From Phoronis australis (taxonomy: Eukaryota; Animalia; Phoronida), in NCBI GenBank assembly GCA_002633005.1, contig NMRA01000476.1, positions 7,340 to 71,339 of the forward strand: a stretch of DNA of 64,000 nucleotides, read 5' to 3'. Below, in pieces: positions 23,760 to 38,700 of the stretch (its first letter is position 1; every line of letters begins with the position of its first letter). Position numbers and translations under genes: made by a program. The notes below the pieces were generated by a model. It did no database searches and was not told the DNA's origin. It was given only the letters and a program-made list of their open reading frames with translations.

Positions 23760-26700
23760 GTAAGTCTTTTGTTTACTGACATAAATTTGCCTGTATATTT
23801 TCTTTGTCACCTGTCAAGCATTTGTCTTCGGTAGTGAATAGTTGGACACTACTTGAATATTTCTAGCTCAATCATAAGCATGCGCCCTTTCAGTTTTAAC
23901 ATTTCTGAAACTATTTCACACTAACACCGCTGCAACTGTCCCAGACAGTGTAGTAGACATTGCTGTTACTCATTGCTTAGAAAGAAAACTATCCTAAATA
24001 CCACTCCATTGTATTTTAATAGTATAATTTGCTTGTTGAATAGTTTCATTACTGGTTTAGTCAAAACATGAATGAACTTGCGCTCTTATCTTGCCGAACT
24101 TGGATATGTCCTTCCTTCTGAATGAAACCAAGGTGTAACACATTTAATGTTTTATGCAATTTATTGTTGAAATTATAGCAGGCTCAGTGAACAAAATATT
24201 CTTGTGGTCATATAATGACCACCTTCTGTTGCTGGCCTGTAGAGACGGTGAAGCTCCTGAACAGACATGTTTTGTTATATTCTTGCTATCACCATGAATT
24301 AAATTTAAAGAATTTTCATAGCCACGTATTTCTTCACTTTTTCTATCTATGCCATTGGTAAAAAGTCCACATGTGTAGGATGCTAGTATATTCTCCGTAT
24401 TACATGGGCATAAGAGCAAGGTTCTACTGTTGCCTGGCTGAAATTCAAGCCAGTAAGAAATCTTGCTTGTGGGAAGTGTGGCATATCTAAACTTGTTACC
24501 TCATTTAGCAAGGAATTTATTGAACCTGTCCAGAGTTGCAACCTGCTTCCCTAACTTGTGTTCAAGCCTGGGAGCTCCTTTGCCCCAGAACAACTGTTAA
24601 AAGGCATTCCTGTGACCACTTGTTCAGTTATAAATTATAAATTTGACACATAGCCAACCATCTGTTGACTATTGAGGCCTCACATGCTTTGAGTAGCATG
24701 CGATATGTTGTTCTCTTTCTTGATTTTCCATAATCTCGCTTCATTTATTTAACTATATATTTCTGCTGAGTGAAACTCTCCATCCAGTCATGATTTGGTG
24801 GTGATTTTGTGTGCGTTAGATCTTGGATAATGCAGGCTCAACTCACTAAACTTATACACTACCCAAGTCCATTCATAAAATGACTTGTGTAACATGTTTC
24901 AAAGATTGTCAGTTGTTTTATGGACAGTTCATACTTGACCAGTGGCATGGGGTTCTTGATAATCAAAACTGACCACTCTGAAATCTGGCACCTGCTGTGA
25001 ATTTGTGAATGGTAGCTATAATGATCCACCCAGTTTCCTCCCAGTAATTGCCCAGTTATTCAATGTCCAGGCAGTAATGTTCCCAACCCTGCTGCTCTAA
25101 TGATGGCTCAAGTGAATAGTATCAGTCTAAGTGTTTGTTTATAGTTGAAGCACCTGGCACTGGCTTACTACTAATATTGTGTCTGGCTGCCAGTTGTATT
25201 CACTGGCTCAGTATCCCTAAAGTTTGATTGGTTTGGCCTACTGCAGTCTCTTGTTTGAGTAATGGGAAAATTTTCCTTATTTGGATAATGGATGTCACAT
25301 GACTGAGCCCAGTTGGTATTGTTTCATGTACGCATTATAACTAACAGTAAATTTAGAATCAGTTTAACTGAGATCCATCCATAATCCATGATTATTTCGG
25401 TGTCAAGTAAATGTTTCCATATGTCCCTTACTTTGTTGAGCACTTAAAATACAGTAGGTGAAAATTTCAAAACAAAATCTGTTCTGAGAAAAACAACTAT
25501 GAGTCAGGTGTTATTTGAATATTGAGTAGGTTGGCACTAACTACAATTAAAGTGACACCAACTCCCACACATGCGTGGCATTTACCCACTTATCCTTTTC
25601 AAAAGTAGATGGGGAGGACAGACAACTCTGAACAGGTCTGTTACACTGTTTAATGGAACAATTACCTTTTGCTAACCCTTTGTCATTTTGTGAGTATGTC
25701 TCCTTCCTCAACAGGGTGATTAGCAGGTGCAGCTTTTGATAAAATAAAGCGGGTCATGGGAGGGGGGTGTGAGACGTTGGGCAGTTGCTTTTAGGTTTAA
25801 CAGACATTTTTGAAAGTGTTGGTAGTAAATCTGTAATTTGAAATGTTACGATAAAGCGAAAATAAAACCCTGTTTTGAAAATACATTGTTTGAATGAATG
25901 TCGTGACATTTCTTTTGATTTTGTAGTTATCATATCCCCTGTGACCACTGATTGTGATTGCCATAAATGAACTCATGTACTTTAGTTTGATATTGAATTT
26001 GGCATTATGCAAGGCCATTTAATTGCCCATCAATTGGTTCTTGGTTATTGCTTTCAAGGTGGTGTAGCATGTCTCTAGAGTTAGAACGAATGCGGATGTT
26101 TCTTGCAAATCATAATCCTTTGGATGAAGGTTTAGCAATTGTAGGGATTTTATGAGAATTTCTCACATAAAAGTCCTTTTCCATGGCTATAGGATTTGTC
26201 TTTATTGATCAGCAGCTCTGCTCAGTTAGGTTATAAATGGAAGCTTATCCTTCAGAAAACTCCTTTGAACACTATTACAGTTTTGTTCCATTCTGTGTCA
26301 TGGTGAGGTCAGCTTTCAAAAGCTGACTTATACTTTTTGCCCAAATACAGTTTTGTTCCATTCTGTGTCATGGTGTCATACTTTTTGCCCAAATGTTTTT
26401 CTCTATGAGTGAACTTTTAAGTTTGACCAACTTCCTTTCTTGCATCACCTACCACCAACAAATTCCACTTTGATGCTAGCCAAACAATCTAGCTTTCATT
26501 TCCATTAAACGTTATATAATTTGGCAAAACATTGGGCAGATATCAAATAACAATCTATTTTCTCTCAATGTCATCCACTGGCATTGGAAAAGTGTGTCAT
26601 TTATTTGTGTAATCGAGTGACTCATTCATGACACTTTGCAGTCTGTTGTTAATACAATCCCTTATTCTACCATTTACAGTTATGTAGTACATGCAAGTCA

Positions 26701-29700
26701 ATCAATGTCCGTTAATCCTAGTTTTTTGTTGTTCTTGCTCATGCAGCGTGTTACCAGCTTATGTAGGGATACTGCTTGTTCCGGCCTTGAACCTGGCTAG
26801 TAGGAAAACTTGAAATTTTTCCTGCTATCACATTCTGACACCATTCTGATTGATATCCTACTGTCCATGTCTATTAATTAATATTTTTCTACCTGTGAGT
26901 GGATTTATCAGATCAGTGCCTAATCTTTGATAAGATCGTGTTCTCCCCAGGTATGTGTCCCGACACACAGTGGTGACAAAAATATTCCCTTCTGCAAACA
27001 TGTCGGGTAAATCTTGATAAATTGTTGACTAATTGGGCAGATGATATTAGGTGGGTGGGACAGATGATTTTTGAACATTACCTGTCAAATGTATTAGTCA
27101 TCGATTATGGATACATGTATCATTTGAACTCCAAAACATATCCAGCTGGAAGCTGAACATTATGATTTTTTACTGTGGAATTATGATTCTCTTATTTTAT
27201 AACTTTGTATGGTAGTTTGAGTATAACAAAACAGTCTTCTCTACTGTTCCCTGTTCCTGTGGTCTGCAACAAATTCATGTCCTGATTGTCAATGCAAACA
27301 CTTACATGGTATAGTTGTGTATGTGTGCGACGTTATCAATGAAAACTAGCGCATCATTATAGGAGGTAACTAAGATCTCACCTTTATACATGTTTGCCAT
27401 TCTCAGTTGTCTCTAAAATAACCTGGACACTATCATCATCAAAGGTTCCGACAGTCATCATTTGCTCTAAATATACTCTGAAGTGTTGGATAAGTTGGTA
27501 ATCAAAATGTAAACATCTGAATTAATTGTGGTTTTGACTTCTGAAATAGAAACCTAGTTGAATGTCTTCTAGGAAGCCTCCTGAAGTCCCACTAGTTTTG
27601 AACCTGAATAGCGTACTGTTTGTTTGGATAGCTAATTCAGTTGAAGATTTGCACAAAAGTGTTGTGGGTTTTGGGTACTGTTTAGGTAGTTAAGTCCATA
27701 ACTTTGCCATGAATATGTCTGATGTCTCAGCGATAAATGTGCCCACCCTTTGACAATCCTTTCACTCATGTCTTATAGTAATATTGATACTGGGGTCCGT
27801 GGAGGTGTAAATCTAAACACTTTGTAGTTAGGAATTGTATGGTCGTGTTTGCACACATGATTTTTGCATGGTTTGATGTGGCGTGTCCGACTCAGTGTCT
27901 CCGCGAGTGTCTGCACGTAAAATAGATGATAGTGACTCTTCATAACTTAGCAAATAGAACAGAGCAATAGGGTTAATGTAGTGAGGGTTATGGCGCGACT
28001 CCATTACTTATTGGTACAGCTGATTAGGTCATAGTGAAAGTGTATTTAAAGTTACCTTTGTCAGAGGCGTGTATTTGTTTGTTTGCTGAATTAACCGTTA
28101 AAGTCCCATGCCTGTTATGTATACACGAGTGTTTTTAACTTGAGGCGTTTTGAACCCTGTAACTTCAATTGGCGACAGAAGTGTTTATTTTTGCATTTCG
28201 TTTTTCAAATGTTTATTTGTACATACTGGATGTTTAGCTGGAGTTAGCCTGCATTGCTTGTGCTGGTGTACTTGGTTGTTCAGTGCAGGACCAGTGGGGT
28301 TCACTAATCCTTTTGCAAATATATGATCAATAGTGAAACTATAATTCACACTTGTTAGTAGCAGAATGTCAATAACAGCATCACAAATCTACTTAATTTG
28401 CTTCACACAAACCAAGAAAATTACAATTATTTAGCTACTAATATTTCGACATTAAGCATTGTTACCATCAAATCAATAGAACATCGTAAGGTTTGATTTT
28501 GTGTGTATTTTTTCCTTTTTTTACCCATTTAATGAGGTGGTGTTTCCTGAGCGTTCCGTGCTGAACCTGTTTCCTGTTCCATTGATTGCTCGATTCAGTT
28601 TGCTGCACGTCATCGGATTTTGTCTATTTACAAGCATTGGTCGAGAAAATTCTAAAGAGAATACGCACTTGATAAACTAAATCAATACTTTCTCCTGCTC
28701 AAACACAAACCGTGGATACAGGAACCCTCTCAGTTTGAAGGTTGGTTCAGTTCAAGATCCCAGCAGCAAGAAGTGATCCAAAATTTCCTGTGCTACAGTT
28801 GTCAAATGGAGAGCCAGACAAATTTGTTTTGAAGCCAAATGGATGCTTCAGGCATCTATTTGTCCTGAAATGTAATTTAAGATGATGTGGACAATTTAAA
28901 AACAATCCACATTGGATTTGATAGCTATTTCACACACAAATGACTCTGAATGGTTGAATGTCCAATTCTCAGCATTTGCAATGATAGTCATCTTTCTCTC
29001 AGTTATTCCTCTCAGTTGAGGGTCAACAACTGATTTTATCTGTACACTGAACCAGAATAAGAGACTGCCCAGCAGTGTCTATTTGACCAGTGACCTGTCC
29101 ACTCAGTACTGCCATGTGTATTGGCATGGTCAGCCAGCTGGGACAGCAGCCACTATGATAACATCAGTGACATGTCAGTCAGAACTTCTCAGAATCTGCA
29201 AGGCTATGCTGGGTGAACTTACACCTTAGTGAACTTGTGTTTGGAAAGGGTAAGAAATGGCATAGTATTTGAATGTTCTAAGCTTAGCTCTGAAAATGGG
29301 CACAACATTTCTTGAATATATTTTCTCATTCAAATTTGTTCTTTTGATACAAACAATAAATCAAATTATAGTGTGTAGGTGAATGGCAGCTTTTACACGC
29401 AACAAATTTTTGATATGTTTTCCTTTGTTTTGTTCATTGACGTTTTGATGTAACTTCAGATCCAAACTGTGTTAATTTTCTTTTATTTTCCTTTGCCTTG
29501 CAACTTTGATGACGTACATTGCATTGTTGGTCAGAATACTGAATCAGCTAAGTATGAGGTCTTTTAAATGTGTTCTACTGTTTGCCACAGTATGTTATTC
29601 TGATGATTATCAGAACATTTTCAAGTCGAATTACTGCAAAGAATTCTTTCAGGTTTTGCCAATCAAATTGCTGTGAACAGTTTTGGGCTATGGAGAAGGC

Positions 29701-32700
29701 CACCCACACACATACACACACACACACAGTGGCTAACAAATATCTCAGGGGTACTTTGTGGGTCTGCTGGCCTTATCAGCACTTGATCTTATCACATTGA
29801 TCAGGGGTTATTGAAATCTTATGGTACATTTATTGTGTATTGTAAATACATAGTGCCAACATTGTTCAACCACATTCAATGGATACCTGTCAATGTTACA
29901 TCAGATAAGTGAAATAGAGGTATTTGTTTTTTTTTTGTGAGCCATTGACTGCTTTTAGTCTATGACTGCCAATCAATCCTGATGACAAGTTGTGGTATAA
30001 AAGCAGGTGTATTTTTTGTAATGTCATGTGATGAAGCATCTATTTGAATTCATTTTTGAGGAAGTAGAGGAAATTTGTTGGTTGACTTCTCGGATGATAT
30101 ATAGAACCTGCTAGAAACTTTATAATATCCAGAAGTGGAGTCTCTACCTGGTATTTCACCCTCAGTAGCACACAAAGTGTGTTGAAATCTTGTGCTTACT
30201 GCAGTATCATAATCAAATGCACAGGCCAACATTGAATTTCTAGAATTTTTAGGAATGACCGAATGACTAATAGTCAATGCAGTTAAGACTACACTACTAT
30301 ACTAGTACACATTTCCATGACACTGCCATGTCACTATATACTTTGGTGGCATTTGCTCAACAATAAGGTACCATGCAGTGGGCTGGACTGGAATTGTTTA
30401 GTGACCACATTTCTTGCTGGTTTCTGGTGTCAGAAGGACATCAGCTGACCTTGTTCCTTGAATGTCTCATAAGTATTGGTCACCTCTTTAGCAATGATGT
30501 TTGGGACAGCAGGATGCTGGGGAGAAGGGGAATGCTATCAAATTTGTTACGTCAAATGCACAAGCGCCACTTCCTACTACCATGATCTGACTCATTCTTT
30601 TCAGTATTTGAACAAAATCTGGGGTGCCGACTTTGTGTTCCAGTCAGCACTACCTAAAGTTTTTTCGTCAAAATTGCCCCAAGGTGCAACTATGAATTGC
30701 TGGTATAAAATTGATCCAAATACTTCATTGGCTGTTAGGGTGATGTATGGATATTCATCCGGATTGATTATGTTTTCGTCGTAATATTGTTCAATTAACC
30801 TCCTCTGATATTTTCAATATTCACATATTGACATGTTCACAATCACTCTTGAGTGTGAAAGTATCGGAGTTTTCATTGATGACTGCCTTGATACACAATT
30901 AGAAGTCATTTTACCATTGTTGCCAGAATAGTCACTTGAATTCCTTTTATTTCTTCTTAGCACTCAGACTTTTCTGTAATCAGTTAAGCAAAAAATCTTG
31001 CTGGTTTATTGATTTTTCCTGTAGTTTATGTTGTCTTGGAAACGTGTCTGTGGGCAAGTGTTTTGTTCATGACTAAGTTTTATACTATTCTCACTTGAAT
31101 TCATTGGAAATCTGTGTAGGGATGCTCCTGCATTTTATTTCATTTTTTTCCGAACAAAGTGATTATTTGGTTATTAATAATATTTCTTGGTTTCAAAATA
31201 AATCTGTCAATTTATTCCCTTCAAGAAACCAAAGCAGCTCAAGTTATCTAGTGCAATTTTAATTTTAAAATTTCATGTATAAATCTGACACTTCTTGAGT
31301 CAGACATAATTTAATTTCTGACGTGTTAGTTATCCGGCTGACATGTAATAGTTATCCGTTGACTCATTCCTTTTTATTGGCTTTATACATTTTTCTTGCC
31401 ATGAGAGCAGCCAGCATTTCCTGTTTCAAAATAAAAATACACTCTTTTTGTTTGACAGTAATTAAATATATCCTCTTTCTGTGGCCAACTCAGTTCAAGA
31501 GACAATTAAATGCACAGGGCTCTTAAGTGTCACCCATGGCCAGGTTTGTTTGGACCAATTTTTATATCACTGATAAGAAAAGGCCTCGAGTATTGATCAT
31601 TCACACAAATGGATGCCAAAAAGCAGACATGGTGTCACGAACGTAACTCAACACGGTTACATTCTATTCGCTGCTGCGTTACACTTTGTTCACATGGAGT
31701 CCAGTTACATGCGCAGATCATTTTTTTTGCCTGATTGTTTTGTGATTGTTCTTATCTGATTCTACTGTCAATTGCCATAGCTTGACCGGGTAGTAGGCTG
31801 ACAAATTGGTACATAGCTTTTTAACCACCTGCACAAGAATGCATTGGACCGTTGCATTTCTGAGATGGTTTGATTCTTAGGGGATGAATGTCCACAAATA
31901 CCTTTCATGGATGCCTTTTCAAAACCCTCCGATTTTGAACAAATCTATGGCCATCCCGTGCATCATTTATTTGACCTATGTAGTTAAGACAATTTCACTT
32001 TGTCATCAATTTGTTGTGTTGTGTTATGTACTGTGGCACACTGGCTACCCAGGGTCTCTTTTGAGTTTGCCTGGTGAGGAATTTCACTGTCAAGGCAGGT
32101 GTCATGACACGGCTATTAAACACAAGATCAGATAAATGTGTTGGCCAAGCTTTTATCAGTTGCATGAAGGTTATAGTGATAGAATTGTGTATTTGGCCAG
32201 GGGTAGTGATTGACAGATTCTGGGATGATCATCTGTGGCTCAGTATGTGGTTGTTGCTGCAAGATACCCAGTAATGGTCTAAGATCACTGAATGCCTACT
32301 ACGGGATGTCTTCAGCATGTCAGTCTGATTTGTATATCTCTGCTGGTGATAAGGTTCTGGCTTTAAACATGGAACTGCACTTCCAGCAGATGCATTTTTT
32401 GATGTTAAATCAGGCAACGGTTACTTGGTGCATTGAACTGACCATTCTAAAGACTATTTGATCCAACCCTGTATCAATTTCCTGCTCACACTGTTTGTAA
32501 GTTGGTAAATATTGAAACTGTGCTACACCATAATTTGTCTGTTTGAACTATTGATGAGTTTGTATTGGATTTTCTGTGTTGGACATCTTGCAAGTTGTCA
32601 CTCCTCTTCCGGGCACATCCAGTGTGGTTTGACGGGTTCACTCGTGCTCAACGAGCTGGATAATGAATATCATTTCATCATTAAATGGCAACCCACTCAA

Positions 32701-35700
32701 ATTTAATACAGACCTTATTCCCAGAATTGCGTACAGACTAAAAAGTCCTTTCTGTATGAGAAGACTATATGTAAACACTTCCACTGACCGTGAAAATCTG
32801 ATTGTGTCATATTTCCATGTTGTGGACAAAATTCTAACTGAGGCAAAACTTCTGCTGCGGCTGTTCTAGCAGTCATAATTGTTTCCATATCAGAATAGTC
32901 TGTACAAACTTAAGTACTCTCTACTAGATAAATTCAACATCTGATCACACCAACTTGATTTTTGATTGTTAAATGTAAACTGAAGTGAATAAACACGTGA
33001 TAAATATGCAGGTGTAATTCGTGCTGCGATGTGATCAGTCTAAATGTGTCAATGTCACCTGCATCATAACGAATGTATTTGGTTCCACTTGACTAGGCAC
33101 CAGTTTGTGTGATACACTCAGGTGCAGGCAGTGACTTGTGTGGTGGAGTTTACTGCCTGTCAGATGCTTGGTAAGCTAATAACCACTGGGTAAATAAACA
33201 GTGCCACTTGCATTTTTGCAGTTCAACTGTGGAGTGTTGAATTTTGTAGATAACCATTAGTCAAAACAAATCATGGGCAAGTGCAAACTGTGACTATAAG
33301 TTGGATTAATTAACGGTGTAAATGAGATTTATGATGGACAAAAACTGAGCTTCAGGACAGTATCACTCATTTTGTTGCCATGTCCTCAAATCTTAAGCAT
33401 TGTCAGGTGAATTCTTTGGTTTGTGTCAAAGTTAATTGATGCACACCCAAACATCAGCAGATTACTGCCTATAGTTTCAATGAAAAGTCTTGTTTTATTT
33501 TGCACACTGGATTGTTTCTTGATAAAACTTGTACCTTATGCTCTCTTCTCGCATTCTTAACAGAATGGGCAAACTTGTTCAGCCACGATGCAGCCGCTCG
33601 CTTTACGGTATGCCGAGGACTTCAACACACACTGGAAGGATGTCATGGAAAGAATGGACGACATCAAAAGAAAGAAGTTGATGTGCAGTGCAGATTCGGT
33701 GAGTACTTGTTGTCGTTTATGGTTTTCTGTATATGGTGGTCATGAGCAAGACGAAACCTTTACAAAGCTCTGTTCCAATGTGACATTATTTTGGTGGTTT
33801 GTTGTAATTGTAGTTTGGATTTTAAGGATGGGAGTCACATATGTCCCTGATGCCTGTGATGAGAAATTACAACAAGTTAAATTTTTTTTTTGTTAGAATG
33901 CTTTCATAAATTCCCAGTTGTCCTCATTATACTGCCATTGTATTTTAGCCAAAGAACACTAGCTCCCCCTCTTGGGATGTACACAATCAATGCACTGCAC
34001 AGAGTTCACCGCGTGGTGTTGCTCCTCCACTCCCCTCTAGTCCACCGGTAAGTAAATCAATTGTGTGTTGCCGAGAATCTTGTCACAACTTGTTATAGCT
34101 TGTAAAGCCTCCTTTTTGTACCTGCTTCAGGGGTTTGATAACCGATTTTCTTGATCAGCAACTAAATCTTCACTGCTTAATAACATGCTTTTACTGTCGT
34201 CATTATCAATCAATTTTTCCCCGCTTGCTCAGCTAATCACATTAGAGCTGTGCAGCTACTTTTTCCCAGTATACGCCCTCTAATTGATTTAGTCGCTGGA
34301 CTGAAACTAATGCTTGAAAATCGAACACAGCAAAATTGACTTGACCCATTTCCGCCAATTGTGCCTGACTCGGTCCCTCTCTACAGTCTTCCTCGACAGC
34401 ATAGTTATGTTAATTGATCACAATTAATCAGCATGTTATCTCTTGTCTGCCTAAAAGTGAGAATCAATGATGTGAATGAAAGAGGTGAATATTAATTAGG
34501 CAAATGTTGACCTCAGACACCGATGTCAGTTGATGCCCTAATGAAAGCAAATATCAAAGATGTTGTGAAACCTATGAATAGTGTCTTCACTTTGTGATGT
34601 TTTGACAACTGTTTGTCTTGTCTAAGTCTGTTTGTATTGTCTGAAATGCGGAAGCAATTTTGTGATGTGTCCCCTACATTTTGTCTGCTACTTCTGTTTA
34701 TTACCCCAAATTATAACTATTAGCGAACATTGATAACTGAAAGTGTTATAATACCTGTGAAACTCAAGGATAGAACGGGAATTCATCATTTCAACAGTCT
34801 ATGCCCAATGGGTGTTGGCTGCCTGAAGGTTTTTGATGAAACGAGAGAGCTGTCAAAGCAGATTTTTGTTCAGTGTTTACACATCTGAGGGATAGGAGAG
34901 ATCTGTGTCTTGAAATCTTATCACTGCTTGTTTCCCTGGTCACATGAATCACACTTTAGAATGGATTAAAAAGTGCCTTGGGCATAATCTTAAAACTACC
35001 CCTCAAGTCAGCAAGGGCTGACAACTCTAGATTGATGTCAGTTTTGAGTGCTGGGTCTACAATACACAGTCTTGTTCAGTAATCTTGTCTATTGTCAGAA
35101 CAAGTGGCTCTTGGAGACACTGATACTTTCAAATACATAACTCTGACTTGAGTTAAATTGTTTGACAAACATTTCTTTTCATGAATTTACCTGCAATGTC
35201 ACCACCAAAGTGAAGTTAGGGGCCAGAATTAGACACATATTGGCACTTACTTTCACACAAATGCCTTGCACTTCCCCTACCTTACGGGAGGCAGACGCAT
35301 TAAATAAGTCTTTGCAAACCCTGTGTTTGTATTCTGTAGTATTTACTTTTTGGATGAGTTGTCTGACATCCCAATACCCAGTGAATTGGCTACGATTAAA
35401 TTTGTCTTTCAGGCACTGAATCTAAAGATAAAGCATTTCTAATTCTTTTTATTGATACAATTGTCCCAGTTTAACACTTGCTTACACTTCATGCTTTTGC
35501 ATCACTGACAAATACATTTAAAGATTTTTTCTTTTTTCTGGTTTGTGTGCCTTTTGTGTCTGCAAAATAAGACATAGCTTACATTGTGGGAATTTTACTT
35601 TCACTGTTCATAGAAGAATTTGTCTGCCTAAAACTCAATTCCTTTCTCTTGCCTCGTGCTTGCCGTAGCATCTGAGCTATTCGTGGATATATAATGATGG

Positions 35701-38700
35701 CTACGACAGCCTTGAGGATGAAGTGCTCATTGTACACGCTGTAAGTCGCTTGGTGTGACCTCTGACTTCTGACATGACCCCTACATCAGGCTTTCTCCTC
35801 TCGACTTATTTGACTAAGCTTCATTTGAATTGGTTGTTTTGAAAAGGATTCAAATCAGAAAAAAAACAACTGTTTGGTGTGTTCAAGTTTCTCTGTATTC
35901 TTTTTTCGTTTTTGTGAGCTAGCCCAATTTTGTTATTATTTCATGTACCCTGTCTTAAAACCAACTACTGTCTCTTTGATGTTGCTGCTTCTGACTTCTA
36001 ATTGTGTAAAATTAAATATGTCACTGCAAAAGTTGTCTGAATCGTTTACATTTACGTTATGTGTACACTTCCAGTATAGCACAAAAACTTGCTGATTAAC
36101 TGCAATTAAGGAATCTTAAGCTCGGTAAAATCTTTTCAGTGTAGAATGCAATAAGGCGGACACGTGAAATTTTGCTTTTTCATTTTTCAAAAAAAAGCGC
36201 CAAACCGGTTGCTTTATATTTTAAGAGTTCTATACCATACCTACAACCAGACAATGTTCTGAGAAGCTGTGGGGATTCTCAATAATGTTAAAAGCTTTTG
36301 AAAATGAAAAAAAGTATAAATTTTGGCAATTATTTTTGTCCAAATATAGTGAGATATTATGCCTCTTGTATTTTTCCAGCAGTGGACCCACTCTGGTCAA
36401 GATGACGTATGTGCTCATGTCACACTACAGATTTATGTATATGTTCGACATGGCAAAGTGTTATTCATATACGGTATGTGCTTGGTATGGAACTCATGTA
36501 GAGTATCTTCTGATCATGCATTTTTCCATTTGCTTTATAGCCATCGTCAAGCCCCAGGGACTATACAATGCGGACAGTTTGCACCCCACGGTAAGTAATG
36601 CTCACAAACTCAAGGTGTGAAGAATGATCCAAATTTTACAGGGTTATTCTGTAGTAGACATCCATTGGTGTCAGACAATGGCAGATTTATGTCAACATGG
36701 TGAAGGAGTTATTGATCCAAGACAGGTGCAACCATGCATTCAATGGGTTCAATTTGACTAAACCCATTATCTAATTTCAGATTCTGTTTGTGTTTATCTC
36801 TATTCTAATGTGCAATGTTGTTTGCACTTGAATATGAGCTACAAACAGCTGATAGTAAGCAGCCTCACACAGATATCACACCTTTTCATGTTGTTGGGAA
36901 CAATTTTCATTGAGTTCTGACAATGGGCAGGTGGGCTGTAGGCTAATGAAATTTGATGCATCAGCACCTCACAATCAAATCCTGAAGGAGGCCTGTTTGC
37001 CAGAGTGCTTGCCAACATTCATTGACTAATTATCATGCTCTTGGCACCTTATTGAGTAGATTTGTCTGTTCCTTTTGTTACTTCAGGGTTCACAAGTAAA
37101 GTCAATCAGGTGAAGTTAGCTTTGATTCTGATCAGGAGTGCTTTAGCATTGGCAGGTGGCCATTTGGAAGTATTGTGTTGTGGTTAGAGATTAAAACACC
37201 TTGATGGCCATTAGAGCTTTACAGGCAGTACATGTCAGCTGGAGAGATGAGCGAAGACAATAATTGAGTGTGAAGACTGTTTGGGATTAGCAGCTAGTTT
37301 ATACATAAATTGGGACAACCCTGAACTGTAACCATGGCCCCAGTTATTCTCCTTGAGCATCATACATAATCCATTTGATTAGGGCAAAGATCTCTAAACT
37401 TTTTACCTTAGGGAGAATCCCCACCATATGTCTTTGTTTAGATTTGAGGGTGCTTTGTTTCTAGGAGCTTAATAACTCAGTTGTTAAAACAATTCTCCAT
37501 CTAGCGTCTAATTATTTATTTGATTTGCCCAGAAGATTGCTTGCTAACAATATAACCAATGAAAATTTAATCAAACTTGGAGATGGAACATGCCATAACC
37601 TTTTAGCGAATGCTTTATATGCCAACGATTTGGTTTCACACTTCAGCCACAGTGGGTCGTGTTACTGTTTTGACAGGTTGTGACATTGTTCAGTTTTCAT
37701 AACACTAGTGAATTATACATTGTCACCGCTTTCTCTTTTGTATCTCCTGTGAGGAAAACTTTAAATTTCAACCTTGTCAAGAGCTTTGTCATTCACTAGT
37801 AGCTTAGGTTGTCTGCATAAAATTGCAACTTCAATTGTCAACCTGTTTACATTGCCAGGTTGTCATATTTTGGTAACACTAGACAGTGTTCACTCTTTAA
37901 TATCCTTAGGCCACAGGCACTAATCTATCTGTTATCACTTGTGTGTTGGTAATATCAGTGCTTGGTGAAATATTCATGCAGTGTGTGTTGGCTTAAAGAG
38001 AACAGACAGTTTGTTGAAGACTTAGCTATATACTGTAAATTGTATGACTCGAAATTGATTGACAGATTTATATTGAAGGTACATTTGATTTGATATTTTG
38101 CCACTTTTCTGTGCTTTGCATTATTACTAGATAGTAGCAGGGTATATTCGAAGTTGCAGTGCTGTCATAAGACTTCAAGTTGTGTACACAATTCAACAAA
38201 ATCTTGACAAACAAATCACACGTGTTGCATAGATCTGGATAAATTGACAAAATTTTACCAAGCCTTCTCTCTCAGCCTGAGGTTTACTTAACTTTGTGTG
38301 AAACTGAAAGTGCATATTTTTATCCCAATCATACTCCTGTTGTTTACGGGGATGTCACTCGGGTTACGTTTTTCAAACCTCTTGCACAATTCATTGTTGT
38401 CATTTTCCGATAATGGGCCAATCTTTCGCTTGAACACTTTTTTAGTAAAACTGATGACTTTAGTGATGTTGTCACCATTTCGGTTTCATATTTGTCTTGT
38501 AGTAGGCAAGGTGGGTCTTCTATGAGTCGTTAGAAGTGAACCTGAAGGGGAAGATGAAGTGTTCCTTGCTAGGAAGTGAAATGATTCGTAATTCTCTTCT
38601 ACCGTTGCTTCAAAAAGTATTATAATTACAGTCTATGCACATTCTTTGTTTCCTCTGAAGATAATGATTGGAAATCAAGGAGCCCTTGTAATTAGTACTG

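Noticed and set aside
23760-23834. Stand-alone single-exon SAMD5 ending at the stop at 23834
   Set aside because: Similarity ends at a consensus donor (gtaagt) and an in-phase downstream exon completes the module. A short intron-read-through isoform cannot be excluded.
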